Positions 1-6,193 of a stretch of DNA of 13,203 bases are shown one piece after another (the first letter of the stretch is position 1; the number at the start of each line of letters is the position of its first letter). Below the pieces are notes generated by a model, which made no database searches, was not told where the DNA came from, and saw only the letters and a program-made list of their open reading frames with translations. The position numbers and the translations under genes were made by a program. Source of the DNA: Candidatus Heimdallarchaeota archaeon (GTDB lineage Archaea; Asgardarchaeota; Heimdallarchaeia; Heimdallarchaeales; Heimdallarchaeaceae); the NCBI GenBank assembly GCA_019057375.1, contig DXJF01000155.1, forward strand, positions 1 through 13,203, written 5' to 3'.

Positions 1-81
1 AAAGAATATTTTGATACTTTAGAAATACCTGTTGAAATTCTTCCTTCAATATTGAGCAAAATTGACGATTTGGATTATTGA
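1..81 (+). CDS. 3' end of an upstream gene (partial), product unknown
   Basis: Frame 1 is open from base 1: KEYFDTLEIPVEILPSILSKIDDLDY, then TGA at 79-81. Composition is protein-like. Confidence 0.55.
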   Translation, partial: KEYFDTLEIPVEILPSILSKIDDLDY

Positions 82-116
82 ATCATAATCTGGAGGTTAA
101 ATAAAATTTTCTTATT

Positions 117-205
117 ACCTCTTCTTTCTTTTAAACACGTTAGATCTCAGATAAGAAGACATATTCAAAGAGTTTGGAAGCTCCAAGAAGGTGATCTTAA
201 CACAA
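117..205 (+). repeat. Copy A of an 89-bp imperfect dispersed direct repeat
   Basis: Manual ungapped alignment with 6103-6191 gives 72/89 identical positions. It starts with an identical ACCTCTTCTTTCTT and shares AGTTTGGAAnCTCCAAGAAGG. Confidence 0.85.
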
Positions 206-588
206 ATATACAGAATTTAAGAATAAATGTATTTAACTTAGGTATTGCAGATTCTTATAGAAACACATGGATAGCATTACTTTAGGTAATTGTAGTTTTC
301 ATCCTAAGATACTCAATCAAAAATCTATTAGCACTTGATTTTGAAAATATTGCTGCTAAATAAAATATATCTGTAGATGAAGCAATAAAAAACTCAAAGA
401 ATTAGAGAAATATAACGGAGAAGTTTTGCATCCTGCTCCTACCAAAATATGGGTTATTCACCTCTCTTCATTATCACCAACTATTCCACATGATGAAGGG
501 TAATGAAAGATATTACTTAAAAGATTCTGATAACATTGAATCAATAAAACATGAGCTTGTACTATCTGCTCTTCTTGAAATTAATTAA
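206..588 (+). pseudogene. Possible decayed coding sequence, family unknown
   Basis: Protein-like fragments in shifting frames, broken by stops: LLALDFENIAAK*NISVDEAIK / LKELEKYNGEVLHPAP / HMMKGNERYYLKDSDNIESIKHELVLSALLEIN*. Confidence 0.25.
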
Positions 589-595
589 CAAATTT

Positions 596-612
596 GCAGA
601 AATATTTAAATA
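596..612 (+). promoter_or_regulatory. Putative archaeal BRE/TATA promoter of the first cluster gene
   Basis: Purine-rich GCAGAAA followed by TATTTAAATA, about 45-50 nt upstream of ATG 659. Confidence 0.4.
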
Positions 613-658
613 TTATTAAATTAAAAGTACTATTTGAGTTAACAAATAAGTGATAAAT

Positions 659-1081
659 ATGGAAACAAAGGAAAAACTTCTTGTGGAAAAAATAAAATTC
701 CATACAGAAATTGAATTTAATGGTTCAGTAGCAGATTTTGTGGATTTTACTAAACAATTAGTAAATCTTGATAATACAAAAATCAGAGTAGAATGGGATG
801 ATGTTCACCCTACGGGATGCAGTAAGCTTGCAAGTTACAAATTCTTTGATAAAGAATTCACAGATAGGCACCTAAAAGACATTAGACCAATACAATTACA
901 AGACATCTATGGAGGAATCAGAACTCCCCATATCCATCTAGATGATTTTAATGTGATTTTTCTGAATAGAGATGTATTTAAACAAGTAGTTGATTACAGT
1001 GCATCTAGAATAAGCTCAGAAATTAGCAAAGATATAAACTTCGATCATGTAGAATTTATGGATAAAATGAGAAAACTATAA
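659..1081 (+). CDS. Uncharacterised ~140-aa protein with GGIRxPHxH motif; candidate substrate or partner of the adjacent radical SAM enzyme
   Basis: Clean ORF (track start GTG 650). ATG 659 is preceded by SD-like AAGTGA. Motifs EIEFNGSV, HPTGC and IYGGIRTPHIHL. Lies directly upstream of the rSAM/SPASM gene. Confidence 0.8.
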   Translation: METKEKLLVEKIKFHTEIEFNGSVADFVDFTKQLVNLDNTKIRVEWDDVHPTGCSKLASYKFFDKEFTDRHLKDIRPIQLQDIYGGIRTPHIHLDDFNVIFLNRDVFKQVVDYSASRISSEISKDINFDHVEFMDKMRKL

Positions 1082-1129
1082 TATTCTTATTATCTACCAA
1101 AACTAATTTATTTTTTTTGGAGATTTAAA

Positions 1130-2233
1130 ATGAAATGTTCGCTTAGCTTAACACATGACTGTAATATGGCTTGTAACTACTGCTATGCTGGGGTGAAAAA
1201 CTCAGAAGTAATGGATATTGAGATAGCAAAGAAGATTATTGATTTTATTTTTAAAACTATACCAAAAGACCAAAGTATTGAAATTAATTATTTTGGTGGT
1301 GAACCCTTTCTAGAATTTGATCTCATCAGAGAAATAACAAAATATGTACGGAAAATAGAGCAAAAATACAAAAATCCTGTTATGATTGGTATAACATCAA
1401 ATGGTACATTGCTAACAAGTGAAATATTAGATTACCTAAAACACGAAAGAATTAGTCTTTGTGTAAGTATTGATGGAAATCAGCAGGTGCATGATAGAAA
1501 TAGAAAATTTTCATCAGGAAAAGGAAGTTTTAGCTTAGTTAATGAGAAACTTGATTTAGCCTTAAGCATTCTTGACTACGTCCAAGTTAATGCAGTATAT
1601 GGACCAGATACTGTTGACAAATTACTTGAAACCGTTTCTTTCTTGTCAGAGAAGAATGTCTCTTCGATTCATCTAAATCCGAATATTACTGCTCAGTGGA
1701 GTAATGATTATTACCCAATTTTGAGAAAAAAATTTCAAGAAATTGCTGATTATTACATTTCTAGTTACACCAATGGTCAGGAAATTGCTATTAATTATAT
1801 TGACAACAAAATTATCATTTTTCTAAAAGGGGGGTATAGTGATTTTGATAAATGTCATATGGGAGAATTGGAGTGGGGATTCGCTCCAAGTGGAAATATA
1901 TATCCGTGTGAGAGATTAGTTGGTGATGATAACAATGAATCCTTTTGTATGGGAAATACACAAACAGGATTGAATGTTGATCGTCAATCCACAATTCTTT
2001 GGTCTAAGAATCAAATGGGAAACCTCAAGTGCAGAAATTGTGAGCTTCAGCAATATTGTATGAACTGGTGTGGTTGTACAAATTATTTTATGACTGGGAA
2101 AACGAATCAAACTGGAGAATTCATGTGTGCAAATGAACGCGCTGCAATTGAGGCTGCTAGAAGAGTTTTGATTTCACTGAAAGATAATCCATTATTCATC
2201 GATCATTTTTATCAATACTTACAAAGAAAATAA
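1130..2233 (+). CDS. Radical SAM protein with C-terminal SPASM domain (anSME/peptide-maturase-like)
   Basis: CNMACNYC (CxxxCxxC), FGGEPFL, TSNGTLL, VSIDG. SPASM cysteines in DKC...GNIYPC...CRNCELQQYCMNWCGC...FMC. GGAG SD at 1119-1122. Confidence 0.95.
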   Translation: MKCSLSLTHDCNMACNYCYAGVKNSEVMDIEIAKKIIDFIFKTIPKDQSIEINYFGGEPFLEFDLIREITKYVRKIEQKYKNPVMIGITSNGTLLTSEILDYLKHERISLCVSIDGNQQVHDRNRKFSSGKGSFSLVNEKLDLALSILDYVQVNAVYGPDTVDKLLETVSFLSEKNVSSIHLNPNITAQWSNDYYPILRKKFQEIADYYISSYTNGQEIAINYIDNKIIIFLKGGYSDFDKCHMGELEWGFAPSGNIYPCERLVGDDNNESFCMGNTQTGLNVDRQSTILWSKNQMGNLKCRNCELQQYCMNWCGCTNYFMTGKTNQTGEFMCANERAAIEAARRVLISLKDNPLFIDHFYQYLQRK

Positions 2234-2240
2234 AATGAGC

Positions 2241-2270
2241 AATGTATGTCTTCCCTATAAGAAATACATT
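2241..2270 (+). other. Inverted repeat/hairpin just after the rSAM/SPASM stop codon
   Basis: AATGTAT-g-TCTT-ccctat-AAGA-a-ATACATT: 7-bp and 4-bp stems separated by a 1x1 mismatch. Confidence 0.45.
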
Positions 2271-2305
2271 AACGCAATGTGAAATAGAAATCTTCTTATG
2301 AAACT

Positions 2306-2346
2306 ATCTGAAAACGTTTCAGATTTCTTATTTCTTATTGTTTTTT
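2306..2346 (+). terminator. Terminator-like hairpin with T-rich tail
   Basis: ATCTGAAA-acg-TTTCAGAT (perfect 8-bp stem, 2306-2324) followed by TTCTTATTTCTTATTGTTTTTT. Confidence 0.45.
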
Positions 2347-2412
2347 ACTACTATAAAATTCACTAAATCTCTATATACAAAAAACGATATAACGTTTCTT
2401 TGAGGTGACATT

Positions 2413-2802
2413 ATGAAGGAAGAGAGTTTTCCAAAATTTCGTGAAACAATAATAAAACCAACAGTAAAACAAATAATTGATACAATCGCTGATCCGCCAC
2501 CTGATCTTTACAGAATAATAACTAAAGATAGATGGAAACATATTATTGAAGCACAAATAAAATTAAAACTTAAATCAATTGAATTTGAGATAGAGTCACA
2601 AAAAACCACATTTCCCTTAACTATTACTTCAAAGAAAACAAATTGGTTTCTAGTAGAAATTAACGATAGTTTTGTTCTGATTGACACAGGCTATACAAGT
2701 GAGGGACTGGTTATCGAAGAAGCACTAGATAATGAGGGGTGTACATCTGCAAATCTTAATCTTATCTTATTAACTCATGCTTGGAAGAAAGAATACCATT
2801 AG
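2413..2802 (+). CDS. Chimeric ORF: N-terminal DPPP small-protein paralog (aa 1-~64) fused to a truncated metallo-beta-lactamase-fold fragment (aa ~65-123); may be a pseudogene
   Basis: The N-terminus aligns with 3255-3464 (FPxxxE, DPPP, IxxD[RK]WK, Q, EIE). The C-terminus NWFLVEINDSFVLIDTG...EGCTSANLNLILLTHA resembles the first strands of an MBL hydrolase but ends before a complete HxHxDH-type site. GAGGTGA SD at 2402-2408. Confidence 0.7.
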   Translation: MKEESFPKFRETIIKPTVKQIIDTIADPPPDLYRIITKDRWKHIIEAQIKLKLKSIEFEIESQKTTFPLTITSKKTNWFLVEINDSFVLIDTGYTSEGLVIEEALDNEGCTSANLNLILLTHAWKKEYH

Positions 2803-2812
2803 TATTTTTTGT

Positions 2813-3082
2813 TTATTTCTCAGATTGTATTTCTCTTATCTTTTTAATTACAGGAAACATATTGTTAAACTCAAAAACAATCTTTTTTTCTAATTCTTCA
2901 ATTTCTTCCTTTTTTGCATTAAATTCGTCTATATTTTCATCAATTAATTGCGTATCCACTCTCGCACCAAATCCGCTGATTTCGAAAATAAACTCGCTTT
3001 GAATATCCAATATTGCCTCTTCCAAGTCTAGAAGACTCCCAACAGTTGTTTCAATTTTTTCATCATACTTGTCTTTATTCAT
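2813..3082 (-). CDS. Small acidic, probably helical hypothetical protein (89 aa from MNKDK)
   Basis: GAGG SD is correctly spaced before ATG 3082 (track start 3094). TTTATATA box on the minus strand at 3116-3123. Rich in E/D/K/I. Confidence 0.7.
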   Translation of the reverse strand: MNKDKYDEKIETTVGSLLDLEEAILDIQSEFIFEISGFGARVDTQLIDENIDEFNAKKEEIEELEKKIVFEFNNMFPVIKKIREIQSEK

Positions 3083-3115
3083 AAACATCCTCAAACATTA
3101 AGATTTTCTTCAGAA

Positions 3116-3123
3116 TATATAAA
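3116..3123 (-). promoter_or_regulatory. Putative TATA box for the 89-aa gene
   Basis: Reads TTTATATA on the minus strand, about 35-40 nt upstream of ATG 3082. Confidence 0.5.
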
Positions 3124-3209
3124 CAACACCCTTATTGATATTACAGAGTTTAACCCGATTCAACATTCCATTAATAAATATACAAGAATATTAATTGATT
3201 CAGCTAAAG

Positions 3210-3247
3210 TTTATATATTTAAATAAATTAGTGTTTCTTTGAGGTGA
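3210..3247 (+). promoter_or_regulatory. Putative TATA box and SD for the DPPP peptide/B12-rSAM operon
   Basis: TTTATATA at 3210-3217 preceded by GCTAAAG. GAGGTGA at 3241-3247. Confidence 0.6.
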
Positions 3248-3254
3248 ATCGATT

Positions 3255-3464
3255 ATGGAAAAAAGATTTCCAGAATTAGGAGAACTAGTAAAATTTAAGC
3301 ATGTATTTGATCCACCACCTCCGTTTCTACATCTAATAGATGAGGATAAATGGAAAGATGTAGTTCAAATACAATTGGAATATGAAGCATTATTACTTAA
3401 ACATGAAATAGAAATTCTTACTGAAAAACTTCGAATGTACGAGAAATTGAAAAAGATTCTCTAG
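3255..3464 (+). CDS. 69-aa DPPP(P)-motif protein with a predicted amphipathic/coiled-coil C-terminal helix; candidate precursor or substrate
   Basis: Strong SD and TATA. VFDPPPPFL motif followed by a helix-like tail. Paralogous to the N-terminus of 2413-2802. Stop codon is 2 nt from the B12-rSAM TTG start. Confidence 0.8.
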   Translation: MEKRFPELGELVKFKHVFDPPPPFLHLIDEDKWKDVVQIQLEYEALLLKHEIEILTEKLRMYEKLKKIL

Positions 3465-3466
3465 GA

Positions 3467-5050
3467 TTGTTTTACTTAATGAACAATAATCTAATATCTT
3501 TCGTAGCACATAAGAATCAAGAAAATCTTGGTATTGGGTATTTATGCTCAATGTTACATTCTATAAACTTTGAGATTGAAATAATTGACTTCGATTTAGA
3601 AAAAGAAGAGATGCTAGAGAAATTAAATACATCAGATCCTTTAATTGTTGGCTTCTCTCTTATTTTTCAATTTTATTTATACAAATTTAAGAAAATTGTT
3701 AACTTTTTAAGAAGCAATGGTATCCAGTGTCATTTTACAGTTGGAGGACATTATCCTAGTCTCAGATATGATGATCTGCTCAACTACTTACCTGAGTTAG
3801 ACTCTGTTGTGAGATTTGAGGGGGAACATATAATCTGTGAATTAGCAGAAAAAATAAAGAAAGGAGAGGAATGGAGAAAAATCAAAGGGATTGCATATCT
3901 AGATAATGATACTCCATTTTCAAATGAACTTAGACCTCTGATTACAAATCTTGATTCTCTACCCTTTCCTTACAGATCAAAGGATAATCCTCATGAAATT
4001 CTAGGGAACAGAATATCCTATCTTTTAGCAAGTAGGGGGTGCATAAGAAATTGTTCTTTCTGTAGTGTCAGGAAATTTTACTCAACTCCAACAGGTAAAT
4101 TAAGGCGTAACAGAACCCCTGAAAATGTTGTTAAAGAAATTGAAGGATTACACAAGAATGATAACACTACAATCTTCTTATTTCAAGATGATGATTTCGT
4201 ATTACCTGGAAAAAAAGGATTAGAATGGATTAATAGCTTTGTAGAATTACTAGTATCTAAAAAACTAGGAGAAAAAATCCTCTGGAAAATAAGTTGTAGA
4301 TCTGATGAAATTAACTATGAACTTTTTAAAAGGATGAAAGAAGTTGGTTTAGCAACTGTCTATTTAGGGATTGAATCAGGAGTTGAACATGAATTAGAAA
4401 TTATGAATAAACAATTACACGTCAAGGATCATATTGAAGCTGTTAAAATTCTAAAATCACTTGACTTAACTTATGAATATGGTTTCATGTTATTTAATCC
4501 TTACAGTACTTTTGAAACAACTCAAAATAATGTTAAATTCTTAAAAGAAATATGTGGGGATGGAAGTGCTCCAATTGTGTTTTGCAAAATGGTACCTTAT
4601 GCAGGAACAGCTATCGAACAAAAGTTGATTGTAGAAAATCGATTGATAAAATCTGTTACGAATCCAGATTATGTTTTCCTAGATTCAAAACTAAATGAGT
4701 TTTACGATTTCTTTTCTTTGATTTTTAATGAATGGATTCATTCAAATCAAGGAATATTGACTCGCTTACGTTGGCACAGACTTGAGTTAGAAGTTCTAAA
4801 AAAGGATTATCCAGATGCAAAAGGATTCAAGGAGTACATAGTATTCCAGAAAAAAATAATAGCTGAATTTAATTCATTATTCTTTAAAATATTTGATAAA
4901 ACGAAGTCGTCATTTCATAATAATGATTTTGTTTCTTTTGCAACTAGAGAAGAAATTAGGAAACAATTAATCTCTGAGCAAAATAGGATTCTAGAAAAAT
5001 GGCATGGAGGAATAAGAGAATTTTCTAACCAAAACAGGGAACAAAGCTAA
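3467..5050 (+). CDS. B12-binding-domain radical SAM protein (class B methyltransferase-like)
   Basis: QENLGIGYL, VGGHYPSL, SRGCIRNCSFC (CxxxCxxC), FQDDDF, YLGIESG, GFMLFNP and PYAGT motifs. Start is TTG 3467 or ATG 3479. Confidence 0.93.
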   Translation: MFYLMNNNLISFVAHKNQENLGIGYLCSMLHSINFEIEIIDFDLEKEEMLEKLNTSDPLIVGFSLIFQFYLYKFKKIVNFLRSNGIQCHFTVGGHYPSLRYDDLLNYLPELDSVVRFEGEHIICELAEKIKKGEEWRKIKGIAYLDNDTPFSNELRPLITNLDSLPFPYRSKDNPHEILGNRISYLLASRGCIRNCSFCSVRKFYSTPTGKLRRNRTPENVVKEIEGLHKNDNTTIFLFQDDDFVLPGKKGLEWINSFVELLVSKKLGEKILWKISCRSDEINYELFKRMKEVGLATVYLGIESGVEHELEIMNKQLHVKDHIEAVKILKSLDLTYEYGFMLFNPYSTFETTQNNVKFLKEICGDGSAPIVFCKMVPYAGTAIEQKLIVENRLIKSVTNPDYVFLDSKLNEFYDFFSLIFNEWIHSNQGILTRLRWHRLELEVLKKDYPDAKGFKEYIVFQKKIIAEFNSLFFKIFDKTKSSFHNNDFVSFATREEIRKQLISEQNRILEKWHGGIREFSNQNREQS

Positions 5051-5129
5051 GAGATATCTAGAAAAGAATCTAAAAAATGAAAAAACTGATTATCAGGCAA
5101 ATTTTGCTAACAATCAGTAAATATCTTTA

Positions 5130-5867
5130 CTAATACACTATTGCTGAAGATGCCGAATTCCCGAAGTAGTTCCACCAAAATCCGAAAAATCCTAAATTGC
5201 ACCCTACGTAGAATCTAGCTCCTTTGTAATATGTATCTGAATATAAATATGCATAGCTTCCACATGAAAGTGATGCTGATTCAGCTCTGTTATCAAAACC
5301 ATACCAGCTAAGGTGTGGATAATATTTGGGGTATCTAGTATAACAGTAAGAGTATCCTCCTGGAAGAGTAATAGATGCACCACCCCACCAAGTATAATCA
5401 AATAGATGTAAACTATGGGTTGGTCTTTCATAATGTGGATCATGATTCTCTAGAATTTTTTGTATCTCTGCGTGTTGTTCTGGTTTGAGTTTATGTTTCT
5501 CTAAGAATTTGTTGTACTTTTCAGTTGCTTCTTCAACTTTTTTTACTTGTTGCTTTTTTATCTTCTCAAGTTCTTCTGGTGTTTTTTCTTTGGTAAATTT
5601 TTTAGCTAATTCTTTGTCTTTTTTGTATTGATCTAACAAGTCTCTATCCTCTAACCATTTTTCAAATTTCTCTTCAGTTGTAAAAGCATAAATCTTTCCA
5701 TCAGTTTCTGATTCTTTAGGTGCAGCAAAAAAAGGGATATTTTTTCCTTTTTCTTTCTTAAACTCTTCTGCTTCGTAATCTTTCTCAGGTCCTTTAATGT
5801 GTTTCTTATCTTCAGAAAGAGTATACTCCTCTCCATCAATTATTACTTTTGAAATATCTTTCTTCAT
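5130..5867 (-). CDS. 245-aa protein with a highly charged N-terminal region and a C-terminal beta/gamma-crystallin-like (two Greek key) domain
   Basis: GGAGGTTGA SD precedes ATG 5867 (MKKDISK), so the track start at 5897 is probably too long. The C-terminus has two similar units, LFDYTWWGG...HLSWYGFDNRAES and LYSDTYYKG...NLG...YFGNSASS, resembling crystallin Greek-key repeats. Confidence 0.65.
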   Translation of the reverse strand: MKKDISKVIIDGEEYTLSEDKKHIKGPEKDYEAEEFKKEKGKNIPFFAAPKESETDGKIYAFTTEEKFEKWLEDRDLLDQYKKDKELAKKFTKEKTPEELEKIKKQQVKKVEEATEKYNKFLEKHKLKPEQHAEIQKILENHDPHYERPTHSLHLFDYTWWGGASITLPGGYSYCYTRYPKYYPHLSWYGFDNRAESASLSCGSYAYLYSDTYYKGARFYVGCNLGFFGFWWNYFGNSASSAIVY

Positions 5868-6102
5868 ATATATCAACCTCCGTATACTATGAAGCAATTT
5901 GTACTCGCATATATTTATTTAAACGTTTGTATATTTGATTCGTTTTTGGTTTATAGTATTAGACAATGTTTTTATAGATGTTGGTTTGATGTAGCTTTTA
6001 TAATAAAAACAGATAGACAAGAAACTGTAGTTATTTAAAAGATATTAACTGAAAAATATCTGCTTATGATGCAATACAATATTTTGATTGTATCTTCCAA
6101 TA

Positions 6103-6191
6103 ACCTCTTCTTTCTTATAGATACTTTAGATTTCAAATAGGAAGATGAATTCATATAGTTTGGAATCTCCAAGAAGGGGACCTTAAAGCAA
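6103..6191 (+). repeat. Copy B of the 89-bp imperfect direct repeat
   Basis: 72/89 identical to 117-205. Ends 2 nt before the stop codon of the convergent gene at 6194. Confidence 0.85.
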
Positions 6192-6193
6192 CC

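Noticed and set aside
79-81. TGA as selenocysteine readthrough
   Set aside because: No Cys/Sec-like motif context, no recognisable SECIS, and the downstream frame matches no selenoprotein I know.
1916-2110. 64-aa minus-strand ORF
   Set aside because: Antisense shadow inside the well-supported rSAM/SPASM gene, with no motif.
2371-3002. 61-aa (-) ORF at 2371-2556 and 73-aa (+) ORF at 2781-3002
   Set aside because: Antisense shadows of genes that have SD/TATA support. The F/S/I-rich composition is typical of reverse-read K/E-rich genes.
5204-5839. 79-aa and 62-aa minus-strand ORFs
   Set aside because: Alternative frames nested in the 245-aa gene, with no SD or motif.
5868-5897. N-terminal extension MLHSIRRLIY in the ORF track
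   Set aside because: It overlaps the GGAGG SD of ATG 5867, which is the better start.
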